DNA of 38,685 bases from Octopus bimaculoides (lineage: Eukaryota), in the NCBI RefSeq assembly GCF_001194135.2, contig NC_068991.1, forward strand, positions 72,235,616 to 72,274,300, written 5' to 3'. Within the stretch, counting starts at the first letter, position 1. Each line of letters starts with the position of its first letter. The notes beneath the pieces are model-generated. The model worked only from the letters and a program-made list of their open reading frames with translations, did no database searches and was not told the DNA's origin. The translations under genes and the position numbers were made by a program. Below are positions 10,476 to 20,965 of the stretch, one piece after another.

Positions 10476-10574
10476 CCATTTTGCCAAGTATTCAAACAAT
10501 TCTACCAGCTCACTTCTTTAGGTATCTCTAATAATAATAATAATAATAATAATAATTATAATTTCTTGTATAGG

Positions 10575-10735
10575 TACATCATCATCATCATCATTGTTTT
10601 AATGTCCGCCTTCCATGCTGGCATGGGCTGGACGTTTCGACATGTAGCTGGCCAGGTAGAAGCCTGCACCAGACTCCCGTGTCTGTTTTGGTACGGTTTT
10701 TACAGCTGGATGCCCTTCCTGACACCAACCACCCA
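10575..10735 (-). mobile_element. RTE-type 3' end with (GAT)n tail
   Basis: CATCATCAT...TTCCATGCTGGCATGGG...TACAGCTGGATGCCCTTCCTGACACCAACCAC. Confidence 0.75.
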
Positions 10736-11123
10736 GACAAAGTCAGAAACTTTCAGGGTGGGGTTTTGGTAATTAAACTGATTTTGGTGCTTTAGTACAA
10801 GGCCAGCAATTTCACAGAAAATAATTCACGGTGGTGCTCCAGCATGACCACAGCCACTTGGCTGAAACCCATAAATAAATAAATACATTATTTACATTAT
10901 TTACATTATTTACATTTTTGTTATCGACATTCCAAAGATAGAACTTTGTGTCTTTGTTAGAAACCAGCTCCTTTGTCAGAGGAAGAATTTAAATGATTAA
11001 AAACAGAAGAGATATGCATACATGCATACATACATACATACACACATACATACATACATGCATACAGTCATTCATACATACATACATGCAGTCATACATA
11101 CATACATACATGCATGCATACAT

Positions 11124-11658
11124 GATGGCCGTCCACTCGTGACTGAGGAAGACCATTGCCGACCTTCAGGAACATTGTGCGCTCTAGGACTAACTATATT
11201 TTGCATTTGCGNNNNNNNNNNCAGGAACATTGTGCGCTCTAGGACTAACTATATTTTGCATTTGCGGCTCCGTTGGTGGCTAATGAGTCCTGCTCTTGAC
11301 AAGCATACACGACTGAAAACATTGCAGATTAAGCTTTCTCCATTCACTATACGAGCCGTGCGCTTTCGCGCAGCTCGCTTAAGTTCTTCATGCTGGATAT
11401 ATGCTCTCTCAAAAGTGTCGATCCCATCCTTAACCTGCTTCCTCCATCTGTGGTGATGACAGGCATTGTTCTCCCAGTCAGTGTCCTGCATGTCACAGGC
11501 CTTTAATAAGGACTTGACACAGTCCTTAAATCGCAGCCTTGGTTTCTGCCAGAGTCTCCCTCCATTCACAATTTCTCCATAGAGCATCTGCTTAGGAATC
11601 CTGCTATCCTTCATTCTAATAAGGTGTCCAGTCCAACGTAACCGTTGCTTGTGCACCA

Positions 11659-11659
<1 letters not shown>
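11124..11659 (-). mobile_element. 5'-truncated RTE-type LINE with C-terminal C2H2-like finger, copy 1
   Basis: QRLRWTGHLIRMKDSRIPKQMLYGE...KPRLRFKDCVK...CNVFSRVCLSRAGLISHQRS, then a short 3' UTR and a (TATG)n tail. Confidence 0.9.
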
Positions 11660-11689
<30 letters not shown>

Positions 11690-12194
11690 CATACATACAT
11701 ACATACACACATACATACATACATACGTACGTACGTACATTGAGCTTCATGTATTATGATATGGTCCAGCTCTATGTAGGATGCTTCTATTATCACACAC
11801 CATCTACATTATCACACACCATCTACATTATCATCCACCATCTACATCATTATGTATCATTTTCACTACCTTTTTTTTTTATTTGGGTGAGGGTCATTGA
11901 AAATCAACTGGTTGGTCTGTTCTGGAGAGGAAATTTGACAATTTGTCCTGTGGCTAAGGATTGTTTACAGAAATCTTTGCCCTGATGTTGCTACTGCAGA
12001 AATGAGAATTGCTAGTTCATGACAAACTCTAGAGTAGGGATTCCAGTTTTGAGTACCTGTACTCACTGAGGGGTTGAATAACATCTCAGTAAGTGCAACA
12101 AAGATGAAATATATACATTATATTCAAAATATAAACAATAATAAACTAACAGTAAGATGGAAAATAATGTTTATTTTTTTATACTTCCACTCGA

Positions 12195-12506
12195 GCTCTA
12201 AGGATTTTCGAGCGAGATCATTGCCAGTGCCCCTGGATTGACTCTTGTGTGGGTGGCACATAAAATACACCATTTTGAGCGTGGCCGTTGCCAGTACCAC
12301 CTGACTGGCCTTTGTGTGGGTGACACGTAAAAGCACCCACTACACTCTCTGAGTGGTTGGTGTTAGGAAGGGCATCCAGCTGTAGAAACTCTGCCAAATC
12401 AGATTGGAGCCTGGTGTAGCCATCTGGTTTCACCAGTCCTCAGTCAAATCGTCCAACCCATGCCAGCATGGAAAGCGGACGTTAAACGATGATGATGATG
12501 ATGATG
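12195..12506 (+). mobile_element. RTE-type 3' end with (GAT)n tail
   Basis: GGTTGGTGTTAGGAAGGGCATCCAGCTGTAGAAAC...GCGGACGTTAAACGATGATGATG. A closely similar inverted copy lies at 38465-38685. Confidence 0.8.
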
Positions 12507-13734
12507 AGCCATCTTCACTCGTATGAACCACCAACATAATTGTACACCACCTTCTTTATCATCTTGCACCGTCTGCACTAGTGTACACCGTCTTCATTAT
12601 CATGCATCATTTTTATTAGTATTCAGCCCCCTTATGGCATTATAAATTCACCTCCTGCAGAAAAAGAACAATTTCCTTCATGGTAGAACAATAGAATCCA
12701 AAGAGACAAGTAGTGGTCTTCATTGTCAGCAAATAAAAGACGATTTAAAGTCAGCCAAGTGGAACAAATTACTTTCCTGTGAAGGAGATGAGAAGCTAAC
12801 ATTGTTTCCAACAAAATAACTTTGTCGAAGGGTTCTGCCCAATTGTGTTAAATTTCTCCTGTTTTACACAGCGCAATAATTCACAAAATTTTGCAAGCAT
12901 TTTTTTGAATTTTATTTTTTTTCATAGTTGACTTCATTGTTTAATAAGCATTTTTTGGATATAAAAAAAAAAGCAAAAAAAAAAAAATTTTTTAAATTAA
13001 AAAACTAACATAACAGTTGCGTTGTTCTTGGTTTCACAGCATGAACAAATAAAGTTGAATTGAAGCTCTTAACGTAATTGACATTATTGCCTGAACAGTT
13101 TTAGCTAACTTTATCAGACAGGATTGTCCAAAGGTAAATAAGAAAAGAAAAGAAAAAAGAGAGAAAAAAAATCACATTCAAAGCAATGCTTCAGCTACTT
13201 TGTAAAAGAAGGGAACACCTAACATTAAGTTTGGTATTATTTGTTCATTATATTTATGCATATATCCCACCCATTCTCAGCTATTCAAGGTATGTTACAC
13301 CTGACTCCCAAGACTTCAAAGCGTTCCCATTTAAAGGCAATTTCAATTCCACTCCTTGCCTTGTTGGAAAAGTATGTCAAATAATTTGCTTCATAACTTT
13401 AGTCAATAACTTAACAACATTCTTCTCTGTCATTCAATAAGATTGACCCAGAAAACTGATAAAACTACAATCAACTTAGACTATGTCCTTAACATATTTT
13501 ATTTAACTTCTTTATAAACAGCTACAGACTTTTATTACATGGAAAACCATTAAATTTATCAATAAATGGAAAATTTGTATTGTTTTACTCATATCAATTA
13601 AAACCAATTTCTACCCCAAAATCAACTTTAATTATTAAGTGATTAGAGTCGTTTGTTTAAGAAATCTTAATTTTCTGTCTCATGACATTCTACATGTAGG
13701 AGGGTTTTGTGTTACCTATCAAATACAGCAATGA

Positions 13735-14580
13735 TTGTTTGTTGGTGTTTAGCCCCAAGTCAGTCCACAATGAGCATCCATATGATTAAAGATTTTCTAG
13801 CATTGATCATCTCACCTTTTCTCGTTTGCTGTTTAGTTCCAGGTTAGTTCAGTTTGAACACCTATATGATTGAAGATGGTCGATGGCTTTCCAGCCATGA
13901 CTTTTCTATCTAATTGTTGTTGTGGTTACTGCTGTCATTTAATCGCATGTCAGTGCAAATTCAACAGCTGCTAAATGCTCAAGGGCTTTCCAACTGTGAC
14001 CATTCCATCTTGTTCTTGTTCTTACTTAGCCCTAGGTCAGCCTAAACTGTACAACTATGTGGTCAAAGCTTTACAAACTGTGACCACCTCATCATGTTAT
14101 TTAACCCCAAGTCAGTCCGAACTGAGCATCCATATGATCAAACGTTTTCTGTCAGCTCATCTCCTGTTGCTGTTGTTGTTGTTGTTTAATTCCAGTCTAG
14201 CCCCAAATGAGCAACTGTTATGATCAAAAGCTTTCCAACCATGACTATTCCATCTTGTTGTTTAGCCTTAGATCAATCCAAATTAAGCATCCAATGTGAT
14301 CAAATGCTTTCTAGTAGTGACCTCCTCATCTTTTGTTGCTGTTGCAGCTATTTAGTCCCATGACAGCCCTGAGTTAGCAGTCATGTGATCAAAGGCTTTT
14401 CAGCCATGGTCACTCCATTTAGTTGTCGTTTAGCTCAAAGTTATCCCAACTTAAATAGTTGTACGATCATAGGCTTTCTATTTGTGAACAGCTCATCTTT
14501 TGTTGCTGTTTAGCTCCAGGTTAGCCCAAACTGAGTATCTCTATAATCAAAAGGCTTTCCAGTTGTGACCATCTCATCAC
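13735..14580 (-). repeat. Tandem array of ~10 diverged 70-95-bp units
   Basis: Each unit on + approximates (TTG)n TTTAGCCCCAGGTCAG...TATGATCAAAGGCTTTCCAGCCATGACCATCCCATCT. Solo homologues lie near 15905-15975 and 22475-22497. Confidence 0.8.
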
Positions 14581-14654
14581 GTTTTCAGCAATAAAGTATC
14601 TGGAACTACTTTTGTGACTTCATTTTTTAAGATAGAATTGTTTAAATTGAAAGA

Positions 14655-14846
14655 GAGCAGATTGCCACACGAAATGCTTAGCAGTATTTCGTCTGACTTC
14701 ACGTTTTAAGTTCAAATTCTACCAAAATCAACTTTGCTTTTCACCCTTTCAGGGTCGATAAATGAAGTAGCAGTGAAACACCAGGGTTGATGTAATCAAC
14801 TAGTTTTCCCCCACAAAATGGCTGCCCTTGTGGCAAAATTTGAAAC

Positions 14847-14883
<37 letters not shown>

Positions 14884-15115
14884 GTTGTTATTATTGAGGT
14901 GGCAAGCTGACAGAATAATTAACACTCTGGAAAAAATGCTTAGCGGCATTTCATCTGTCTTTATGATCTGAGTTCAAATTCCACAGAAGTCGGCTTTATT
15001 TTCCATCATTCCTGGGTCGATGAAATAAGTACCAATTGAGCAGTGGGGTAGATGTAACTGACTTATTCCCTCGCCCAGAATTGCTGGCCTTGTGCCAAAA
15101 TTTAAAACCAACATT
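14655..15115 (+). mobile_element. Two degraded family A SINEs separated by (ATT)n
   Basis: Both carry AATGCTTAGC..TATTTC.TCTG...GAGTTCAAATT and end in CCTTGTG.CAAAATTT.AAACC. Confidence 0.8.
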
Positions 15116-15493
15116 TCAATGAAAAGAAAAAACATAAGAACATAAGAAAAAAATAAGAAACAAATTGTAAGAGAATAGAAGATGAAAAAAAATACCCAGA
15201 AAATAAATAAATAAATATTTTAATAAAAGAATGCAAACACCCTCAATTATACATCACTCCAGGGGTAACTGGTGGTCCTTGCAAAGTTGTTTATTAAAAT
15301 TTATATCAAACCTCACCCAGTTTTATGTGTAGTGGTTCAAGTGACTGACTGACCACACCAATAAAGTCTCATTAGAATGTGGCACTGGTAATTAAACAAA
15401 CATGGTTGGAGTGTTATAACCCTCTTTTATCTCTTTATAATTAAAGAAAAGAAGAGTTTTTTTTCTTATTTCTTTATGCTATCAAACTGCTTG

Positions 15494-15880
15494 GAGGCAC
15501 AATGGCCCACTGGTTAGGGCAGCGGACTCGCGGTCATAGGATCGCGGTTTCGATTCCCAGACCGGGCGTTGTGAGTGTTTATTGAGCGAAAACACCTAAA
15601 GCTCCACGAGGTTCCGGCAGGGGATGGTGGTGAACCCTGCTGTACTCTTTCACCACAACTTTCTCTCACTCTTACTTCCTGTTTCTGTTGTGCCTGTAAT
15701 TCAAAGGTTCAGCCTTGTCACAGTGTGTCACGCTGAATATCCCCGAGAACTACGTTAAGGGTACACGTGTCTGTGGAGTGCACAGCCACTTGCACGTTAA
15801 TTTCACGAGCAGGCTGTTCCATTGATTGGATCAACTGGAACCCTCGACATCGTAAGCGACGGAGTGCCAACAACAACAAT
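15494..15880 (+). mobile_element. Full-length tRNA-derived SINE, family D
   Basis: A-box-like TGGCCCACTGGTTAGG, B-box-like GGTTTCGATTCC and a (CAA)n tail. A second, truncated copy lies at 35325-35555. Confidence 0.85.
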
Positions 15881-16002
15881 CAAACGGTATAGCATTAGAG
15901 AAAAAAGTTGGAATGGTCATATCTGGAACGTCTTTGATATTAAATCGGGTTTATCGAGGTTGACTAAGAGCTAACCACCACCACCACCACCACCATGCCT
16001 TG

Positions 16003-16330
16003 TTATTATTATCGTTTTACTTCTCAGAACATTCAGTCTTGTTTGTCCTGGTAGATTCTGTGAGAGCAGACAGCAGCCTGCTGTCAGAGGTCTCACAGAG
16101 TCTCTTTCCTGATATTATAAGCTTTGATACTTGATTGTTAATTATTGTGAGAGACATTCAATATCCAAGTACCAAATCTCAAAATCATAGCTGACCCCCA
16201 ACAGAGCAGTTTTGTGGGCTTGCTCTGCTCTCATGTCAATTTCTATTTCTTTGACAGATTCCTCAGACTTGGCTGTTAGTGCTCTGAGTGCCCCTACAAC
16301 TACTGGTCCGTTCCATATTTTAGCAAATAA
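16003..16330 (-). mobile_element. 3' end of an R4/Dong-type (restriction-like endonuclease) non-LTR retrotransposon
   Basis: KIWNGPVVVGALRAL...KEIEI......HKTALLG resembles the RLE C-terminal motif PVV(I/V)GALG...QKTALLG. Has a 3' UTR hairpin at 16057-16099 and a short (TAA)n tail. Confidence 0.6.
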
Positions 16331-16803
16331 TGCAGAAACCAAGGCTGCGATTTAAGGACTGTGTCAAGTCCTCATTAAAGGCCTGTAATATGCAGGATAC
16401 TGACTGGGAGAACAATGTCTGTCGTCGCCACAGATGGAGGAAGCAGGTTAAGGAGGGGATCAACACTTTTGAGAGAGCACGTATCCAGCATGAAGAATTT
16501 AAGCAAGCTGCGCGAAAGCGAGCTGCGCGAAAGCGCACGGCTCGTATAGTGAATTGGGAAAGCTTGGTCTGCAATGTCTGTAGTTGTGTATGCTTTTCAA
16601 GAGCAGGGCTCATTAGCCACCAACGGAGCTGTAAATGCAAAATATAAGTTAGTCCTAGAGTGCACAATGTTCTTGAAGGTCAGCAATGGTGTTCCTCAGT
16701 CACGAGTGGACAACCAACATCATCATTATGTATGTATGTATGTATGTATGTATGTGTGTATGTATGCATGCATGTATGTATGCATGCATGTATGTATGCA
16801 CAT
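16331..16803 (+). mobile_element. 5'-truncated RTE-type LINE with C2H2-like finger, copy 2
   Basis: KPRLRFKDCVKSSLKAC...CNVCSCVCFSRAGLISHQRSC, with the same 3' UTR and (TATG)n tail as copy 1. Confidence 0.9.
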
Positions 16804-16849
16804 AGTGTAAATTCAATGACTATGTAGCAGTAGCACAGACCCTCAGAAA

Positions 16850-17170
16850 TTCAAGGTTGGTGCTTGGCATGCTGGAACACTACTTGAAATGAAGCACCCC
16901 TCTGCTTATTCTTGTGCATAGGAATGTAGAAATAGTTGTGTTGGTGTCCAAGGGTACAGTAAGCCCATTGGAAGTGAGGAATCCCTGGTCTTTGTCAAGG
17001 CATCCCTCTAGGAGAAAACTAGCTCGTATAGAAAACCCGTTGCTCTACTGAACCAGATCTCTTTCACTTTGTTTGTTTCTGAGCTTTATGATATTGCTAG
17101 AGAGAGTCTCTGTGAAGTTGTGAAGCCCCACTCGATTTGAAACCTTTACATAGGTTTTGCTGCTACTTGT
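16850..17170 (+). mobile_element. Possible degenerate L2/CR1-group APE endonuclease fragment
   Basis: Frameshifted LVFVK-GIPLG-KLARIENP resembles the endonuclease segment of these LINEs; weak match. Confidence 0.35.
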
Positions 17171-17212
17171 CAGCGATGATCATACCTGTTTAATGATTCT
17201 ACAGTTATAATA

Positions 17213-17556
17213 AAGGGTAAAGACCCCGTTCGGTCATGAATGACCATGGGACTGCACTTAGAAAGTTACCCTCTGAGGCACACGTCCAGGCAACATTGTT
17301 TATGGAAGACCAGCAGTCACCCATGCAAACCAGCCTCCCCTCTCCATGCCACCAATGTTATCCAAGGGAAAGGCAAAGGCCAATATAGCCCGGCACCAAT
17401 GATGTCGCAAGCCATTTCTACAGCTGAATGAACTGGAGCAAAATGAAATGAAATGTTTTGCTCAAGAACACAACACACAGCCTGGACCTGGAATCAAACT
17501 CATTACCGCATGATTGTGAGCTTGACGCTCTAACCACTGAGCCGTGCGCCTTCACA
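17213..17556 (-). mobile_element. CORE-type tRNA SINE, family E
   Basis: Head GTGAAGGCGCACGGCTCAGTGGTTAGAGCG...GAGTTTGATTCC, then the CORE-like TGTGTTCTTGAGCAAAACATTTCATTTCATTTTGCTCCAGTTCATTCAGCTGTAGAAATG. Confidence 0.8.
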
Positions 17557-17604
17557 CAGCCATCATATATGCAAACATAAACGTTTTCAGTTCATGTTTC
17601 TTTC

Positions 17605-17830
17605 TTTATTGCTCACAAGGGGCTAAACATAGAGGGGACAAACAAAGACAGACAAAGGGATTAAATGGATTACATCGACCCCAGTGCGTAACTGGTACTT
17701 AATTTATCGACCCCGAAGGGATGAAGGGCAAAGTCGACCTCGGCAGAATTTGAACTCAGAACGTAACGGCAGACGAAATACCGCTAAGCATTTCGTCCGG
17801 TGTGCTAACGTTTCTGCCAGCTCGCCGCCT
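17605..17830 (-). mobile_element. Family A SINE
   Basis: Closely similar to 8-242. Confidence 0.9.
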
Positions 17831-18386
17831 TTCAGTTCATGTTGATTGTCCGAGGACAGAATACTCAATGCCATTAATCTACATTTGATAGAAATTAATG
17901 AAATCAATAGAGAGAGGGGTTAAGTGAGAGAGAAAGAGAGGAGGAGGAAATATAGAAAGAGTGAACATCGTTTTAAACGTTGTACATAAACATGGACCCA
18001 CACATAATTAAACAGAAATCGTAAAATGATGCAAGGGAAATAACTCTTTACTGACAAGCTTAATTCAAGGGAGACAACCTTATATTCTTGCATAATTCCA
18101 TTCGCTTTATTTTCCTTAACCATAAATCTCGCAAATTTATAAAGAAAGAAATATAATGAGATTATACAGTACCGGACCAACCATCCGGTAATTTTCAGGC
18201 CGTTACTGGCCCAGATTGTAGGAATCTTCAAATTTTCTGGAAACACATATACTTGAAATATAAAATAAGCTATAAAAAACTTAGAAGCTAAATTGACTTA
18301 AATCACTACTCTTCTAAAGCAGGGGCCGTTTGATATTTATTAATCCTCTTAAAATTCTTAAAATTTACCATGCTATACCATGTATA

Positions 18387-18534
18387 CAGTAATCGCTTGC
18401 CCCATCGCGATTCACCTATCGCGGTTTATTATTTAAGCTTACATTGATTCCGCTGTGGAGTCCTCTCGCATTTATAATAAAATAAATATATGCAAATTAT
18501 AAAAATAACACCCGTGATAGTCAAGAGATTACTG
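18387..18534. mobile_element. pogo/Tigger-like MITE (~148 bp)
   Basis: TA|CAGTAATCGCTTG...CAAGAGATTACTG: the first 13 bp match 12/13 inverted, with weaker similarity to about 25 bp. Confidence 0.65.
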
Positions 18535-18850
18535 TGATGTTTATAAGATGAAAATTAAACGAAGGTAAGCAACACAAAAAGCGAAAAAAGCATGATTTTT
18601 ATTTATAATCTCACGACTTTTCTTTCTTTATAAATTTGCAACAGGTACTTTACGCATTAAAACACTTCTAAAGCAGAATATGTTTAATTTCTATCCATCC
18701 ACTTCGAAATTAAACAACCAAACTATTTTGGTCAAACAAAAGGGTTTGACCCGAGGAAAAAAAGGAAAAGGATAGTATAATAGGTGTAAAACAACTTGCT
18801 GTAAACGAATATGAAAAAAAAAAAAAAAAGCGCTCGCCAAGCCAAGCTTG

Positions 18851-20118
18851 GATTGGCAGACCTACAGAACTATTCTTAACAGTGTACGCCAACACGAGGG
18901 ACGAATCTTCTTCCTGGATGCTCCAGGAGGGACAGGAAGAACATTTATTACGAAGCTTCTCCTTGCAAAGTTAGGCAGCACCAAGACGTGGTGGTAGCTG
19001 TGGCTTCCTCTGGGATTGCAGCTACTTTGTTACCCGGTGGCAGGACAGCACACTCAACTTTTAAACTTCCTCTCAATTTAGCAGCATCCGACATGCCTTC
19101 ATGCAACACCAGCAAAAGCTCAGATCAGGAGCAGATACTTAAAAGGTGTCATCTAATCGTCTGGGATGGGTGTACCATGGCTCCCAAGGGAGCTTTTGAA
19201 GCATTAAATAGAGCCCTGAAAGACGTCCGAGCCTGTTAGGCTCCAATGGGAGGTGTAACGCTTCTGTTGTCAGGTGATTTCAGGCAAACTCTTCCTGTCA
19301 TTCCGAAAGAAACTAGAGCAGATGAGGTCCAAGCATGCCTAAAGTCCTCTACCCTGTGACATCATGCTACGATTCTCAATCTTACCACTAACATGAGAGC
19401 TCAGCTACACGGCGACCAAATGTCCGCAAAGTTTGCCCAGGACATTTTGACACTTGGTGATGACAAAGTGCCTCTCGACGCTGCAGGAGAAATGGAAGTG
19501 TGGCCATTTTCCTCTGTTGTTAATTCTGTGGATGAGCTCAAACACAAAGTCTTTTCCAACTTCACAGAAAACTACCAAAATCACAATTGGCTGTGTGAAA
19601 GAGCAATATTAACTCCAAAAAACGTCGCTAATGCATTCTCTTCCCAGCACTCTTCACACTTACAAGTCTGTTTGATACAATTCCAGATAAATATGAAGTG
19701 GTGAACAATCCTCCTGAATTTCTCAATTCGTTGGAGCCTCTTGGACTACGTCCCCCACATATTAGCACTTAAAGTTGGAACTCCTGTAAAGCTACTCCAA
19801 ATCTTTGCAATGGGACCAAGACTTTGCAATGGGACACGACTGGTGATAAAGAAAATGATGTCAAAGGTTATCGAGGCTATCATTCTTTCTGGATGCGGAA
19901 AAAATTATGACGTCTTCATTCCAATAATTCCTCTTACTCCATCAGGAGCAGAAATCCCATTTACGTTCAGAAGACTGCAATTCCCCCTTCGTGTCAGTTT
20001 TGCCATGTCCATTAATTAATCTCAGGTTCAATCCCTCTCTGTGACTGGTCTTCTCTTGGAAGAGCACTGCTTCTCGCATGGACAACTGTATGTTGGCTGT
20101 TCAAGAGTGGGAAGTAAT
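18851..20118 (+). pseudogene. Helitron-type PIF1/SF1 helicase relic
   Basis: FFLDAPGGTGRT, VASSGIAATLLPGGRTAHSTFKLP, IVWDGCTM, GDFRQTLPV, ERAILTPKN, LCNGTRL, QFPLRVSFAMSIN and FSHGQLYVGCSRV; several stops and frameshifts; Walker A K>R. Confidence 0.92.
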
Positions 20119-20159
20119 TTATATCATTATATGATCGAATGCCACGCATCCATTTCTAA

Positions 20160-20720
20160 GTAAGTTTTATCTTAATTCTGATGCGCCCTCTACAACTATC
20201 TCTATTCTCCCTCTATTATTCTTTCTTCTTTCTGTTTTCTTCTCCTCCCCCTTTCCCGTTCTCTTTCTCCCCCCTTCTCTCTCATTCTTCTTCCTTGACT
20301 CTCTCGTTGATCACACGTGACCAGCGGCTATCTTCTTTTTTCCTCTTGCTTTACAAAAGACAAGACACGCTTTTACCTGTCTCATATCAAAGCTCGTTTC
20401 TCCAGCGTTCACCACTTTACCTCGTTATGGCTCAACAGCCCTTACCGTTTGTTTTTACTATTTTGTTCTTACTGTCCTGTTTTTGTTACCATTTTAACCC
20501 TCCGCAAGTCCCAAATTTCATTTAATTTGCTTTGCGGGAACGACTGTTTTAACGAAGTCGCGTCTTCTCCAAACGTTCGAAACGCGGACAGGGGACAACT
20601 GATGAAGGAATTGTTCTTTATGTTGCCTGTCTCATTTCTCTATTTCGGTGTTCGAAAAAAAGTTCGTTTTCCATGTTTTTGTTTTTTTAATGTTTTCGCT
20701 TTTCATTTTGTTCACGTTTT
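20160..20720 (+). other. CpG-rich, hairpin-rich segment of unknown class
   Basis: Pyrimidine tract, CACGTG, several short inverted repeats and a T-rich end before a (TA)/(TAT) microsatellite. Confidence 0.35.
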
Positions 20721-20823
20721 TTTTTACGACCTGTACCCATATATGCATGTATATATACATATATATGCAAGTATGTACATACATGTATGTATATATGCAT
20801 ATACATATATATTATTTATGTTG

Positions 20824-20866
<43 letters not shown>

Positions 20867-20869
20867 CAT

Positions 20870-20965
20870 TGCTTGCCCGCTAATGTTGGTATGTTTACGT
20901 CCCCATAAATTAGCAGCTTCACAAAAGAGACCGACAGAATGAGTACTTGGGGTCGATGTTACTCG
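20870..20965 (+). mobile_element. Family B SINE 3' fragment
   Basis: TGGTATGTTTACGTCCCC...AAAAGAGACCGACAGAATGAGTACT. Confidence 0.6.

Noticed and set aside
10885-10990. Element with ATTATTTAC repeats and CTGACAA on the minus strand, a possible fourth hammerhead
   Set aside because: No GAAA or stem III in the required position.
13735-14580. Array considered as CRISPR-like
   Set aside because: No constant repeat with unique spacers, no cas genes and a eukaryotic context; whole units are homologous.
15494-15570. tRNA-like sequences (also 17490-17556, 21918-21975 and 31738-31809)
   Set aside because: SINE heads lacking a complete acceptor stem and cloverleaf; not called as tRNA genes.
20545-20630. 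GAAACGCG...CTGATGA as a hammerhead
   Set aside because: Stems and the NUH triplet cannot be assembled in any of the three topologies.
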